24,000 nucleotides of DNA, taken from positions 1,195,304 to 1,219,303 of the forward strand of contig NZ_JAJOZE010000001.1 of the NCBI RefSeq assembly GCF_021166585.1. The letters run 5' to 3'. The translations under genes and the position numbers were made by a program. Below the pieces are notes generated by a model. It saw only the letters and a list, made by a program, of their open reading frames with translations. It did no database searches and was not told the DNA's origin. Positions 14,020-24,000 of the stretch are shown in pieces. The stretch is from Metabacillus kandeliae. GTDB lineage: Bacteria; Bacillota; Bacilli; Bacillales; Bacillaceae. Position 1 is the stretch's first letter. Each line of letters opens with the position of its first letter.

Positions 14020-17000
14020 CTAGGCGTTAATCATTTCTTTCGTTTCTTCCATCCTCACTGATACAAGCTTGGACACACCGGATTCCTGCATGGTGACGCC
14101 GTACAGCACATCAGCTTCCTCCATTGTTCCTTTGCGGTGTGTGATGACAATAAACTGCGTTTCCCGGCTGAACTGCTTTAAATACTGGGCAAATCTGTGA
14201 ACGTTCGCTTCATCGAGTGCTGCTTCCACTTCATCCAGTATACAAAACGGCACAGGCCGTACTTTCAATATGGAGAAAAGCAGCGCAATCGCTGTCAGCG
14301 CTCTTTCTCCCCCTGATAGCAATCCAAGGTTCTGCAGCTTCTTGCCTGGAGGCTGTGCGACTATATCCACGCCGGTATTTAAAAGATCGGCTGGATCAGT
14401 TAATCTGAGCTCTGCCCTTCCTCCTCCAAAAAGCGCTTGAAAAACAGTTTCAAAATGCGAGCGGATTTGGTTGAAGGTTGTAATGAAACGGCGCTTCATT
14501 TCCTCATCCATCTCATCTATCACAAGGTGAAGCGTTTGTTTTGCTTCAAGCAAGTCAGTCTGCTGCCCTGATAAGAACCCGTATCTCTCTGAAACCCGTT
14601 CATACTCATCAATAGCGCCGAGGTTCACAGTGCCAAGCTCCTCAATTGCGCGCTTGATCAGCTTCACTTTTTTCTCTGCATCCTTTGCTGGGATGCTTAA
14701 TGTGTATTTTTCCTTTGCCCCTTCAAATGAAAGCAAATATTCCTCTCTCAAATGATTCAGGCGGTTATCCAGCTCTACATCAAGCCTGTTCAGCCTGACT
14801 TCTTCACTCCGCAGCGCGTCCTGGCGCACTTTCCAGATCCGGTTCAGCTCTTTCAGTTCAAGCTCCATCTCCTCAAGCTTCGCCTGGCATTCCTGCCTGT
14901 CTTTTCTTCCATTTGCGATCAGTTCAATCTTCCTTTGCTTATCTTGCTGCTTTTGAACAGCCGCTTCTTCCAGCTGCTCCTCGCCTGAGGAATTGGACGT
15001 CGCCTCGCTTGCTAAAAATGAAAGATCTTCTTTCGTTTCCGAAAGCCTCGCCGCATTTTCTGCCAGTTCATTAGTCATTCTTTCCATTTTTTCTGTTTGA
15101 TTTTCAAGTGCCTGCTGCTTGCCGGCCAGAATAACTTTCAAATCTGTGATAGCCTGCTGCAATTCCTCTTTTGAACTTTGCTGAGATGTTTTCCAGGCAG
15201 TGCGGGTCTTTATCTCTTCATCTAAGACGCTGAGCTTGGAATGAATATCTTCCGTTTTTTTCTTCAGACCTTGTATTCTTTCCGTCATCTGTGACGCTTC
15301 TTCTTCATAAGCGGATTTCTCCGTATCATAAAGCGCCAGGTGGTTATTGATCGTTTTTTCGTTCCATTCCAGCTCTTTACGCTCAGTCTTTACAGCGTTT
15401 TCTTCATTGCGGAGCTTTTCCCCTTTTTGACGGAGTTCCTCCAGCTGTTTTTCCTGCTGAACAATCTGTTCTTTTAATTTTTTTACATTCCCCTCAAGCT
15501 CTGCTGTTTTCTGTTCCATTTCGGCAAGCTGCTGTGCAGCTGTATCAAGCTCGCGGTTTCTCCCGATCAGAGAATTGTTTTTTTGCTTCACTGCGCCGCC
15601 TGTCATCGATCCGCCTGCATTCACGATGTCGCCTTCGAGTGTGACAAGGCGATAGCGGTAGCTGATCAGCTTTGCCAGCTCATTTGCACCTTTTAAATCA
15701 CTTGTCACAATAACTGTGCCAAGCAGATTGCCGATAATATGGCTGTATTCAGGGCTGTATTTCACTAGCTCTGAGGCGATGCCGATAAATGCAGGATGCG
15801 TTTCAATCAATTTCCGGTCAGAATCAGACAATTTTCTGTTTTTAATAACACTCAGCGGCAAAAAGGTCGCCCTGCCATAGGAATTCTTTTTTAGAAAGGC
15901 AATAGCGCTTCTTGCGGCTCCTTCATTTTCTGTCACGATATGCTGGGCAGAGGCTCCAAGAGATATTTCAATCGCTGTTTCATATTTCTTTTCTGCTGTA
16001 AGGAGCTCTGCAATGGCTCCATGAATGCCTTCCATGCGGTCCCGCACTTTTAATATTTCTTTGACCCCCTGGTAAAACCCGGCATAATCTCCCTGCATGG
16101 CTTCAAGCATTTCCTTTCTTGCTTTTGCCTGCTGAAGAAACTGGTAAGCCTGATAGAGGGCAGTCTCCCTTTTGCGGTATGTGTTCTGGGAGTTTTCAAG
16201 TTTCGCCTGGATATCTCTAAAACTCGCAATATATTCTGAAAGCTGCTGATCAATGACCGAATGCCTGGCATCCAATTTGGTTTTCTGTTCTTCCAGCTGC
16301 TTTCTTTCAGATAAGTATTTCGTATTTGAGTCAGCCATCCTGTTTGTCCGCCTTGTCTGCTGCCTCATTTGATCTTCTATATAAGAGATCTCGTTTCTGG
16401 CAGAGGTCTGGCTGTTTAACAGCTCAAAATACTCGCTTTTCAGCCGCTCAATTTCTTCCTCAATGTTAAAATCGTGGGATTTAAAAGCCGCCTCTTTCTC
16501 CTTCAGCTGTTTCCTTAACTCTTTTACTGCACTTGTTAAATCAGCGAGCTGGGCTTCAAGCTCAATTTTTTCTTTCTTTTGAAGCGCCGTTTTTTCTCCC
16601 AGCTCAATAATCAGCTTTTCAAGCTGCTCTCTGTTCTGCTGGGCATTTTTCTTCCGTTCTTTTAAAACTTCTTTTCTGCCTTCGAGCTTTTCAAGTTCTT
16701 CGCTCGCAAGCAGAAGTGCCTGCTGAAGATCATGAATGGACTCATCCATGTATTGAAGCCTGCTTTTTGTTTCTTGAATCTCCTCTTCTTTTCGCTTGAC
16801 GCCTTCTGAAAATTCCTCGTCCCGAAGCTTTCCTTTTTCAACGCTGTCTGATAGCTCTTCCCATTTTTTATGGAGCTCTTCAATTTCGTGGACGGTAAGC
16901 GCAACCTCGATTTGCTCAAGCTCTTCTTTTTTCTCCAGGTAGTCTTTGGCCATGGATGCCTGGATTTTCAGCGGCTCTACCTGGCCCTGCAGCTCATGCA

Positions 17001-17583
17001 GAATATCTTCTACTCTGTTCAGGTTGTCCTGCGTTTCTGTCAGCTTGGACTCTGCCTTTTTTTTGCGGTTTTTATACTTCAATACGCCTGCCGCTTCTTC
17101 AAAAATGCTTCTTCTTTCTTCCGCTTTGCTGCTGAGGATTTCCTCCACTTTGCCCTGGCTGATGATAGAAAAGGCTTCTTTCCCAAGCCCGGAATCAAGA
17201 AACAGGTCAATAATATCCTTCAGCCTGCATGACTGGCCATTGATATAAAATTCACTGTCACCTGACCGGTAAACCCTTCTCGTTACACCGACTTCGTGAT
17301 AATCAATGGGCAGAAACTGATCACTGTTATCGAGTGTTAATGTAACTTCTGCAATATTTAATCCTTTTCGGGAATCGCTTCCCGCAAAGATGATATCTTC
17401 CATTTTGGCGCCGCGCAGTGATTTGGCAGACTGCTCGCCAAGAACCCACCTGACTGCATCCGTAATATTGCTTTTCCCGCTTCCATTGGGACCCACTACT
17501 GCGGTTACCCCTTGCACAAAATCAACACTCACCCGCTCTGCGAATGATTTAAACCCTAAGATGTCAAGACGTTTGAGGAACAT
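14020..17583 (-). CDS. smc: Chromosome condensation/segregation protein SMC
   Basis: About 1187 aa. Walker A GPNGSGKSN, long coiled coils, hinge (GIHGAIAELL...), signature LSGGERALTAIALLF, Walker B FCILDEVEAALD. The second ATG (17583) gives MFLKRLD with AAGGAGG 6 nt upstream. Confidence 0.97.
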   Translation of the reverse strand: MFLKRLDILGFKSFAERVSVDFVQGVTAVVGPNGSGKSNITDAVRWVLGEQSAKSLRGAKMEDIIFAGSDSRKGLNIAEVTLTLDNSDQFLPIDYHEVGVTRRVYRSGDSEFYINGQSCRLKDIIDLFLDSGLGKEAFSIISQGKVEEILSSKAEERRSIFEEAAGVLKYKNRKKKAESKLTETQDNLNRVEDILHELQGQVEPLKIQASMAKDYLEKKEELEQIEVALTVHEIEELHKKWEELSDSVEKGKLRDEEFSEGVKRKEEEIQETKSRLQYMDESIHDLQQALLLASEELEKLEGRKEVLKERKKNAQQNREQLEKLIIELGEKTALQKKEKIELEAQLADLTSAVKELRKQLKEKEAAFKSHDFNIEEEIERLKSEYFELLNSQTSARNEISYIEDQMRQQTRRTNRMADSNTKYLSERKQLEEQKTKLDARHSVIDQQLSEYIASFRDIQAKLENSQNTYRKRETALYQAYQFLQQAKARKEMLEAMQGDYAGFYQGVKEILKVRDRMEGIHGAIAELLTAEKKYETAIEISLGASAQHIVTENEGAARSAIAFLKKNSYGRATFLPLSVIKNRKLSDSDRKLIETHPAFIGIASELVKYSPEYSHIIGNLLGTVIVTSDLKGANELAKLISYRYRLVTLEGDIVNAGGSMTGGAVKQKNNSLIGRNRELDTAAQQLAEMEQKTAELEGNVKKLKEQIVQQEKQLEELRQKGEKLRNEENAVKTERKELEWNEKTINNHLALYDTEKSAYEEEASQMTERIQGLKKKTEDIHSKLSVLDEEIKTRTAWKTSQQSSKEELQQAITDLKVILAGKQQALENQTEKMERMTNELAENAARLSETKEDLSFLASEATSNSSGEEQLEEAAVQKQQDKQRKIELIANGRKDRQECQAKLEEMELELKELNRIWKVRQDALRSEEVRLNRLDVELDNRLNHLREEYLLSFEGAKEKYTLSIPAKDAEKKVKLIKRAIEELGTVNLGAIDEYERVSERYGFLSGQQTDLLEAKQTLHLVIDEMDEEMKRRFITTFNQIRSHFETVFQALFGGGRAELRLTDPADLLNTGVDIVAQPPGKKLQNLGLLSGGERALTAIALLFSILKVRPVPFCILDEVEAALDEANVHRFAQYLKQFSRETQFIVITHRKGTMEEADVLYGVTMQESGVSKLVSVRMEETKEMINA

Positions 17584-17617
17584 CATGATCCTCCTTACTT
17601 TCTATAAATTCTTAAAT

Positions 17618-17626
17618 ATTTTATCA
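17618..17626 (-). promoter_or_regulatory. Putative extended -10 element upstream of smc
   Basis: Minus strand TGATAAAAT about 35 nt upstream of the smc start. TTGCCT is the nearest -35-like hexamer but the spacing is off. Confidence 0.3.
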
Positions 17627-17821
17627 TATTTCTGAAGCTGAACAGGCAAGGGAATAAAAGAAAACCTTTGTTTTCTGCCCTTTTCATTAAACTTTGCTTT
17701 CTATTGAATCCCGCTTGCCAAACCATCTTGGTCCGTGATGGGCAAGGCGCTTTTTTGCCTATTAAAAAAAGCTGATCCCAAAAGCTTATCAGGCCTTTGG
17801 TAATCAGCTCTAAAAATTCAG

Positions 17822-18559
17822 CTATTTAGGCTGAAGCACGGTTAGCGCCTCTTGTGCTGCATGCTGTTCTGCCTCTTTTTTGGAGCGTCCCACTCCTGTT
17901 CCAAGTATGGATCCATGCAGTGAAACAGTTGCGACAAACTCCCTGCTGTGTGCAGGGCCTTTTTCCTGAAGTATTTTGTACTCCAGCGGCCCCTTTCCAT
18001 CGCGCTGAACCAGTTCTTGAAGCTGGCTTTTAAAATCCATCACATGAGAAAAAGCACCTTCGTTGATTTTTGGAAAAACGGCTTTTTCCAAAAAGGAAAC
18101 GACCGGCTGAAGACCCTGATCCAAATACAGAGCACCGATAAAAGCTTCGAAAACATCCGCGAGCAAGGCTGGCCTTGCTCTTCCTCCTGTCATTTCTTCG
18201 CCTTTTCCGAGCAGAATATAATTCCCGAAAGAAAGCTCGTTGGCAAAAGAAACAAGGGAAGGCTCGCATACGATGGCTGCCCTGAGCTTCGTTAAATCTC
18301 CTTCGCTCATGGTCGGATACTTGGCGTAAAGGTATTGCGATACGGTCAGCTCCAGTACAGCGTCTCCTAAAAATTCAAGCCTCTCATTATCCTCATAAGG
18401 CTTTTTCCGATGCTCATTCACATACGATGAATGGGTAAAAGCTTGATGAAGCAGCTTTTCATTTTGAAAATGAATATCCATCATCTTCTGAAACTGTTTG
18501 AATTCCTCGGCCTTCTTCAAAAAAGCCCTTCTCTCTTTAAAATTCGTATGCTTTTGCAT
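17822..18559 (-). CDS. rnc: Ribonuclease III
   Basis: RNase III signature [13 protein letters not shown] and a C-terminal dsRBD (GPAHSREF...[16 protein letters not shown]). The ATG at 18559 ([11 protein letters not shown]) follows GGAGG plus 5 nt. The track start at 18574 overlaps that RBS. Confidence 0.95.
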   Translation of the reverse strand: MQKHTNFKERRAFLKKAEEFKQFQKMMDIHFQNEKLLHQAFTHSSYVNEHRKKPYEDNERLEFLGDAVLELTVSQYLYAKYPTMSEGDLTKLRAAIVCEPSLVSFANELSFGNYILLGKGEEMTGGRARPALLADVFEAFIGALYLDQGLQPVVSFLEKAVFPKINEGAFSHVMDFKSQLQELVQRDGKGPLEYKILQEKGPAHSREFVATVSLHGSILGTGVGRSKKEAEQHAAQEALTVLQPK

Positions 18560-18616
18560 AACAACCTCCATCATCTACCCAGCACAAGTTTGTCTCTATT
18601 TTTTAATTCCTTGATA

Positions 18617-18647
18617 AAAGGGATAAAGCCCCGCAAGAATACGGGAC
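18617..18647 (-). terminator. Possible weak terminator after acpP
   Basis: Minus strand: GTCCCG-tattcttg-CGGGGC, 6 bp with one G-U, followed by TTTATCCCTTTT. Confidence 0.35.
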
Positions 18648-18659
18648 TTCATTCTGCCA

Positions 18660-18893
18660 TTATTGTTGGCTTTGTATGTAGTTAACAGCGTCACCGACTG
18701 TTGCGATTTTTTCTGCTTCTTCATCAGAAATTTCCATATCGAATTCGTCTTCAAGCTCCATTACAAGCTCAACTACATCAAGGGAATCAGCGCCAAGATC
18801 ATCCTTAAATGATGCCTCAGGTTTCACTTGAGCTTCTTCCACACCAAGACGATCAATAACGATCTTAGTCACACGTTCTAGTACGTCTGCCAT
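18660..18893 (-). CDS. acpP: Acyl carrier protein
   Basis: 77 aa with the phosphopantetheine-attachment motif [16 protein letters not shown]. Confidence 0.97.
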   Translation of the reverse strand: MADVLERVTKIVIDRLGVEEAQVKPEASFKDDLGADSLDVVELVMELEDEFDMEISDEEAEKIATVGDAVNYIQSQQ

Positions 18894-18916
18894 AGCAATT
18901 CACCTCCCCTCAAAGT

Positions 18917-18922
18917 ATTATA
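18917..18922 (-). promoter_or_regulatory. Candidate -10 hexamer for an acpP-proximal promoter
   Basis: Perfect TATAAT on the minus strand about 24 nt upstream of the acpP ATG. No good -35 at 17-nt spacing (TGGTTT). Confidence 0.3.
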
Positions 18923-18963
18923 GTTGATCTTATCTAAAAAAACCAGTTCCCCTTGTAAAAATG

Positions 18964-18988
18964 TTGTTTTCCGTTTCAGGCGTCCGCT
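18964..18988 (+). repeat. Family B terminal-motif fragment (solo left end)
   Basis: TTGTTTTCCGTTTCAGGCGTCCGCT versus 6220-6244 TTGATTTCCGTTGCAGGCGTCCGCT: 23 of 25 identical by eye. Similarity ends after CCGCT. Confidence 0.6.
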
Positions 18989-19020
18989 ATAGTCAGGAAT
19001 AAAAAGGAAGACAGAAGCTT

Positions 19021-19761
19021 CTACATGACCATTCCGCCATCTACATGCAGCGTTTGTCCTGTCATGTAGCGGCTTTTCTCAGAGGCTAAAAACGTTACAA
19101 TATCTGCGACATCCTGCGGATCTCCCAGTTTGCCAAGAGGGATCTGCTTCAGCATGTCATCCTTAACGGAATCCTCAAGCTTATCTGTCATTTCAGTTGT
19201 AATAAATCCAGGTGCCACAGCATTGACCGTAATATTTCTGGAAGAAAGCTCTTTTGCCGTGGTTTTCGTCAGACCGATGACTCCTGCTTTTGCAGCAACA
19301 TAATTTGCCTGCCCAGCGTTCCCGCTGACACCTACAATTGAAGCAATGTTAATGATTCTGCCTGCCCGCTGCTTCATCATTTGTCTTGTCACTGCCTTTG
19401 TGCAGAGAAAAACACCCTTTAGATTCGTATTAATAACATCATTCCACTCATCTTCTTTCATCCGCATGAGCAGATTATCGCGCGTAATCCCAGCATTGTT
19501 GACAAGAATATCAATTCCGCCAAAACGGTCTGTTACTTCCTTCAGCATGTCCTTCACAGCTTCACTGTCTGACACATCAGCTTTAACTGAGAAAGCTTCA
19601 CCGCCCGCAGCCTTGATCATCTCAACTGTTTCGTTTGCTTTCGCTTCACTGCCCGCATAATTTACTGCTACCTTTGCTCCGTGCTTTGCCAGGTCAAGAG
19701 CAATCGCCCTTCCGATTCCTCTTGAGCCTCCTGTTACAAGCGCAATTTTATTTTCCAGCAT
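19021..19761 (-). CDS. fabG: 3-oxoacyl-ACP reductase
   Basis: 246-aa SDR: [17 protein letters not shown], catalytic YVAAKAG. Confidence 0.95.
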   Translation of the reverse strand: MLENKIALVTGGSRGIGRAIALDLAKHGAKVAVNYAGSEAKANETVEMIKAAGGEAFSVKADVSDSEAVKDMLKEVTDRFGGIDILVNNAGITRDNLLMRMKEDEWNDVINTNLKGVFLCTKAVTRQMMKQRAGRIINIASIVGVSGNAGQANYVAAKAGVIGLTKTTAKELSSRNITVNAVAPGFITTEMTDKLEDSVKDDMLKQIPLGKLGDPQDVADIVTFLASEKSRYMTGQTLHVDGGMVM

Positions 19762-19764
19762 CGC

Positions 19765-20706
19765 TTATTCTCCCTTCAAAGCAGTTACTGCAGCTTCAAT
19801 TGACTCCATATCAGAAACAGAGATCGTTTGAACACTGCGGTCGATTTTTCTTACTAATCCTGACAGCACTTTTCCTGGTCCGATTTCCACAAAAACAGTG
19901 ACCCCTGCATCAATCAGCGTACGGATGGACTGTTCCCAGCGCACAGGGGAATAGAGCTGTTCAATCAGCTTCTGCTTGATTTCCCCGGCATCTGTTACAG
20001 GCTTTCCTGACACGTTGCTGATGACTGGAACGGCTGCATTTCTAATCTCGCATTCATCAAGAATCCTGCCGAGTTTTTCAGCTGCAGGCTTCATCAGTTC
20101 AGAATGAAAAGGACCGCTGACATTTAGAGGAATAGCTCTTTTCGCGCCTTTTTCCTTTGCAAGCTCTGACGCCTTTTTAACGCCTTCTGCCGTACCGGAA
20201 ATCACGATTTGGCCAGGACAGTTCAGATTTGCCAGCTGTACAGAATTTCCGCCTTCTGATACTTCTTTTACAACTGCTTCCAATGCATCTGCTTCCATAC
20301 CCATAACAGCAGCCATTGCACCGGCTCCAGCAGGCACTGCTTCATCCATAAATTCGCCGCGTTTTCTGACAGCATGAACGCCATCCTCAAATGACAGCAC
20401 ATCTGCCGCAACTAATGCCGTATATTCTCCAAGGCTGTGGCCTGCGGTGTAATCCGGCTTGATGCCGGCTTTTTCGAATGCTTTTAAAACAGCAATGCTT
20501 GATGTCAGAAGTGCCGGCTGTGCATTATATGTAATCGTTAACTCTTCTTCAGGGCCGTTGAACATGAGAGCTTTCAAATCCAGCCCTAATTTTTCATCAG
20601 CCTTGTCTATAATCGCTTTTGCATCAGCAGAGTGTTCATATACTTCCTTGCCCATGCCGATGGTCTGAGATCCCTGTCCGGGGAATAAAAAAGCTATTTT
20701 GCTCAT
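19765..20706 (-). CDS. fabD: Malonyl-CoA:ACP transacylase
   Basis: 313 aa: FLFPGQGSQ, active-site GHSLGEY. Confidence 0.95.
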   Translation of the reverse strand: MSKIAFLFPGQGSQTIGMGKEVYEHSADAKAIIDKADEKLGLDLKALMFNGPEEELTITYNAQPALLTSSIAVLKAFEKAGIKPDYTAGHSLGEYTALVAADVLSFEDGVHAVRKRGEFMDEAVPAGAGAMAAVMGMEADALEAVVKEVSEGGNSVQLANLNCPGQIVISGTAEGVKKASELAKEKGAKRAIPLNVSGPFHSELMKPAAEKLGRILDECEIRNAAVPVISNVSGKPVTDAGEIKQKLIEQLYSPVRWEQSIRTLIDAGVTVFVEIGPGKVLSGLVRKIDRSVQTISVSDMESIEAAVTALKGE

Positions 20707-20717
20707 TTTCTGGTCTC

Positions 20718-21719
20718 CTATCTATTTTCTTGTTTTCTATTTTGTTCGATGGTTTCAAAAATGGTTTGAGCCACAGAGAACTGGACCATTTCTCTCGTCT
20801 GCCTCACTGCATTGTAAACCGCATTGGCATCAGAGGAACCGTGAGCTTTGATGACTGGCGCCTTCAGACCAAATAGGCCTGCACCGCCATACTCTGAATA
20901 GTCCATCACCTGCTTGATTCCTTTCAGCTGCGGTTTCAGAACCGCAGCGGCAAGCTTTGACTTCAGGTTTTTCGTAAGGGCGCCCTTCAGCATCCCGAAA
21001 ACGGAAAGAGCTGTGCCTTCGATCGTTTTCAGCGTCACATTCCCTGTAAATCCGTCAGTTACCACAACGTCTGCAGCGCCTTCCAATAAGTCTCTGGCTT
21101 CCACATTGCCGATAAAATTTAAGCCTGACTGCTTTAGAAGAAGGAAGGCCTGCTTTGTCAGTTCATTTCCTTTTTTCTCTTCTGTACCGACGTTCAAAAG
21201 GCCGATTCGGGGGGAAGAAACGCCCCTTACTTTTTCAGCGTAAATCGAACCCATGATGCCGTATTGAAGCAAATGTTCCGGTTTAGCATCAATATTCGCT
21301 CCAACATCAAGCATTAAAAAGCCTTTTCCGTCCATTGTCGGAAGCGTCGGCGCGAGAGCAGGCCTCTCTATTCCTTCAATTCTTCCGACAAGGAGCAGTC
21401 CCGCTGTCATTAAAGCCCCTGTATTTCCTGCTGCAATACAGGCATCTGCTCTTCCTTCCTTTACTTCATTGGCCATCATGACCATTGAGGCATTCTTTTT
21501 TCTTCTAACGGCCCGGACCGGTTCGTCGTCAGGCTCAATGATTTCATCAGTATGTATCACTTTAATTCTGTCATTTGCTTTTAAATGCCGGTTAATTTCT
21601 TCTTCTTTTCCAACAAGGGTAATTTCAAGATCTGAAAAAGCTTCTGCTGCTTTTATTGCGCCTTCCACAATTGCTTGCGGGGCATTGTCTCCCCCCATTG
21701 CGTCCATTACAATTTTCAT
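20718..21719 (-). CDS. plsX: Phosphate acyltransferase PlsX
   Basis: 333 aa: [19 protein letters not shown] motifs. Confidence 0.95.
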   Translation of the reverse strand: MKIVMDAMGGDNAPQAIVEGAIKAAEAFSDLEITLVGKEEEINRHLKANDRIKVIHTDEIIEPDDEPVRAVRRKKNASMVMMANEVKEGRADACIAAGNTGALMTAGLLLVGRIEGIERPALAPTLPTMDGKGFLMLDVGANIDAKPEHLLQYGIMGSIYAEKVRGVSSPRIGLLNVGTEEKKGNELTKQAFLLLKQSGLNFIGNVEARDLLEGAADVVVTDGFTGNVTLKTIEGTALSVFGMLKGALTKNLKSKLAAAVLKPQLKGIKQVMDYSEYGGAGLFGLKAPVIKAHGSSDANAVYNAVRQTREMVQFSVAQTIFETIEQNRKQENR

Positions 21720-21743
21720 TTTGCTTCAGCCCTTCATTTATCG

Positions 21744-22304
21744 TTAGTAAGATCGGTACATTTCAAAAACACCTGAGAAGACAAGCTCCTGTCCAACATA
21801 GCTGTTCACTTCAACTGTTGTGCGGCCTTTGCTCTTGTCAACCTGCTTCACCTTTGCTTTTGCCACAACCCGCTCACTTTCTTTGACCTGCCTGGCAAAA
21901 ACAATATTGGCTTTTGCCGTCAGAGCAAGTTCATTATCAATCACCGCAACAGCCAGCGAGTTCGCCTGTGCAAACAAGTGATGGCCCCTCGCGATCTGGT
22001 TTCTTTTAAAAACATGTTCCTTTTTGATTTCCATGATTGAAATTGCAGAACGGTCAAGCTCGAGATCGATGATATCCCCGATCACTTCCTCAATTGGAAG
22101 AGATTTGATTTCATCCTCCATTGAAGCCTCTGCTACGTGCTTAATCCGCTCTCTTAACTCCGGGATGCTTAGTTCCATGCGGTCAAGGCGAATCGTCTGA
22201 ATGCTGACCTCGAATTTTTCTGCCAGCTCTTCATCCGTAATAAAGGGTGTAGCCAATATCGTTTCCTTCAGCAATGATTGACGGTCTTTTTTATTTCTCT
22301 TCAT
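21744..22304 (-). CDS. fapR: Fatty acid/phospholipid synthesis transcriptional repressor FapR
   Basis: 186 aa. N-terminal HTH ([22 protein letters not shown]) and a C-terminal hot-dog/thioesterase-like domain. First gene of the fapR-plsX-fabD-fabG cluster. Confidence 0.92.
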   Translation of the reverse strand: MKRNKKDRQSLLKETILATPFITDEELAEKFEVSIQTIRLDRMELSIPELRERIKHVAEASMEDEIKSLPIEEVIGDIIDLELDRSAISIMEIKKEHVFKRNQIARGHHLFAQANSLAVAVIDNELALTAKANIVFARQVKESERVVAKAKVKQVDKSKGRTTVEVNSYVGQELVFSGVFEMYRSY

Positions 22305-22327
22305 CCTTTAGGACACCTTCCGAACTC

Positions 22328-22344
22328 TTAAGACTAGGTACTAA
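22328..22344 (-). promoter_or_regulatory. Probable FapR operator (autoregulation of the fapR operon)
   Basis: Minus strand TTAGTACCTAGTCTTAA, a 17-bp imperfect inverted repeat. It matches the FapR box as I recall it (TTAGTACC-N-...-TAA) and lies 4 nt downstream of the candidate -10. Confidence 0.55.
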
Positions 22345-22348
22345 AGGT

Positions 22349-22377
22349 AGTATATAGTCTCTTTGGCAGGAGTGCAA
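22349..22377 (-). promoter_or_regulatory. Putative fapR promoter
   Basis: Minus strand: TTGCAC (22377-22372), 17 nt, TATACT (22354-22349). Confidence 0.4.
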
Positions 22378-22414
22378 GCAGCAGCGCCCGCGGTTTTTAA
22401 AAAACTGAAAGGCT

Positions 22415-22452
22415 GCGTCCGCAAAAAAGCGGACGCCTGCACAGGAAATCAG
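22415..22452 (-). repeat. Inverted family B terminal motif folded into a short hairpin downstream of recG
   Basis: The reverse complement of 22428-22452, CTGATTTCCTGTGCAGGCGTCCGCT, matches the family B left end at 22 of 25 positions by eye. GCGTCCGC-6 nt-GCGGACGC forms a perfect 8-bp stem (22415-22436). The minus strand has a T6 loop and TTTTTT only 10 nt after the stem, so this is not a canonical terminator. Confidence 0.55.
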
Positions 22453-22491
22453 CCTTCATGTTCAGCTGTTAGTCAAAGGAGCAACTCCGGT

Positions 22492-24000
22492 TTAATCGAG
22501 CTTTTCGCCTTCCAAAACCCCGGTGTTTTTCAAGTACTCCCGTAAGGCGGCATACTGTTCTTCTTCCCAAAATGCCCTTGATTCAACCAGCTTTTGGGCA
22601 TCATTTCTTGCCGTTTCAAGCGCCCGGTAGTCATGAACCATATCCGCGACTTTAAATTCAGGCAAGCCGCTCTGCTTTCTGCCGAAAAAGTCACCAGGGC
22701 CTCTGAGTTCAAGATCCTTTTCAGAAACAACGAAGCCATCGTTTGTTTCTGTCATAATTTTCATCCGTTCCTTCCCTGTCTCTGATTTAGGATCAGCAAG
22801 AAGAACACAGTACGACTGGCTTGAACCCCTTCCGACGCGGCCTCTCAGCTGGTGCAGCTGAGAAAGTCCGAACCTGTCGGCATCATAGATGACCATAATG
22901 CTTGCATTCGGCACATTCACTCCCACTTCAACAACTGTTGTGGAAACGAGAATATCAACATCGCCGCTGCTGAATTCTCTCATGATATGGTCTTTTTCAT
23001 CGCTTGGCAGCCTTCCATGCATCAGCCCGACAGACGCTTTGCCCTGAAAATGATGGAAAAGCATCGCATGCACATCAAGTGCATTCTGAACATCAAGCTT
23101 ATCTGACTCCTCGATAAGCGGACAGATCACATATGCCTGCCTGCCTGCTTTTATTTCCTTCTCGATAAAATCCAGTATCCGGTGCAGGAGCTCGTGCTTC
23201 ACCCAATAGGTTTCTATTTTCTTTCTTCCAGCAGGCAGTTCATCAATAATTGAAACATCCATTTCCCCGAATACTGTGATAGCAAGCGTTCTAGGGATCG
23301 GAGTGGCCGTCATAAACAATACGTCCGGATTTTCCCCTTTTTCCCGTAAAATCTTTCTTTGGCCTACTCCAAAACGATGCTGCTCATCCGTAATGACAAG
23401 ACCTAATTTTTGAAAGTTCACATCATCCTGAATCAAGGCATGTGTCCCTACTAAAATATGAATATCTCCTTTTTCCAGCCTTTCAAGCAGCTCTCTCCGC
23501 CTTTTGCCTTTTACAGAGCCTGTCAGCAGCTCAACCTTTGCCCCTGTTCCTTCAAAAAGCCCTGCAAGGGAAACAGCGTGCTGTTCTGCTAGAATTTCAG
23601 TCGGGACCATTAAGGCTGACTGGCAGCCTGAGAGGTGCGCCGCATACATGGCAATGGACGCCACAACGGTTTTTCCTGACCCCACGTCACCCTGCAGAAG
23701 ACGGTTCATTCTGTATGGTGATTTCAAATCATTCAGGATTTCGCCGACCGTCCTTTGCTGGGCATTAGTTAATGGGAACGGCAGCAATTTTATATATTGA
23801 TTAAGCAAGCTTTCCGAGTAAGAATGAATAACACCTTTTGACTGTTCCCGCTGAATTTTCCGCAAGCTCTGCATTTTCAGCTGAAACAGCAGAAATTCCT
23901 CATAAACAAACCTGCGTCTCGCCTGCTTTAATTCTTCGCGGTCTGCCGGGAGATGGACCGTTCGCAATGCAGACTGCCTTTTCATGAGCCGGTACTCATC
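22492..24000 (-). CDS. recG: ATP-dependent DNA helicase RecG (C-terminal ~500 aa; N-terminus beyond the window edge)
   Basis: SF2 helicase motifs ([35 protein letters not shown]). The reading frame stays open upstream of the track Met at 23985 through position 24000. Confidence 0.95.
   Translation of the reverse strand, partial: DEYRLMKRQSALRTVHLPADREELKQARRRFVYEEFLLFQLKMQSLRKIQREQSKGVIHSYSESLLNQYIKLLPFPLTNAQQRTVGEILNDLKSPYRMNRLLQGDVGSGKTVVASIAMYAAHLSGCQSALMVPTEILAEQHAVSLAGLFEGTGAKVELLTGSVKGKRRRELLERLEKGDIHILVGTHALIQDDVNFQKLGLVITDEQHRFGVGQRKILREKGENPDVLFMTATPIPRTLAITVFGEMDVSIIDELPAGRKKIETYWVKHELLHRILDFIEKEIKAGRQAYVICPLIEESDKLDVQNALDVHAMLFHHFQGKASVGLMHGRLPSDEKDHIMREFSSGDVDILVSTTVVEVGVNVPNASIMVIYDADRFGLSQLHQLRGRVGRGSSQSYCVLLADPKSETGKERMKIMTETNDGFVVSEKDLELRGPGDFFGRKQSGLPEFKVADMVHDYRALETARNDAQKLVESRAFWEEEQYAALREYLKNTGVLEGEKLD

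Overview
This is a core chromosomal segment of a Bacillaceae genome (Bacillus sensu lato, not B. subtilis itself). As I recall the B. subtilis map, it is collinear with recG-fapR-plsX-fabD-fabG-acpA-rnc-smc-ftsY-ylxM-ffh-rpsP-ylqC-ylqD-rimM-trmD-rplS-ylqF-rnhB-ylqG-ylqH-sucC-sucD-smf. All 24 CDS lie on the minus strand, and every long plus-strand ORF in the track looks like an antisense shadow or a repeat artefact. I see no defence island, transposase, phage gene, tRNA, rRNA or CRISPR array, and no novel protein-coding system that I can support. The unusual content is noncoding. Family A is a ~125-bp long-hairpin unit found in two tandem arrays, at 9846-10068 and 12552-13010. It shows a compensatory base-pair flip between copies, one unit with a swapped but still hairpin-forming apical module, and a terminal unit that serves as the ftsY terminator. 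Family B is a 127-bp GC-rich hairpin at 6220-6346; its 25-nt terminal motif recurs at 18964-18988 and, inverted, at 22428-22452. All of these sit at operon boundaries next to terminators and promoters. The second point of interest is the conserved but uncharacterised ylqG-ylqH pair, a FliK-like protein translationally coupled to a stand-alone FlhB C-terminal subdomain, encoded away from any flagellar operon. Limits: all folding, alignment and motif calls were done by eye. Regulatory boundaries are good to a few nt at best, and no database search was possible.
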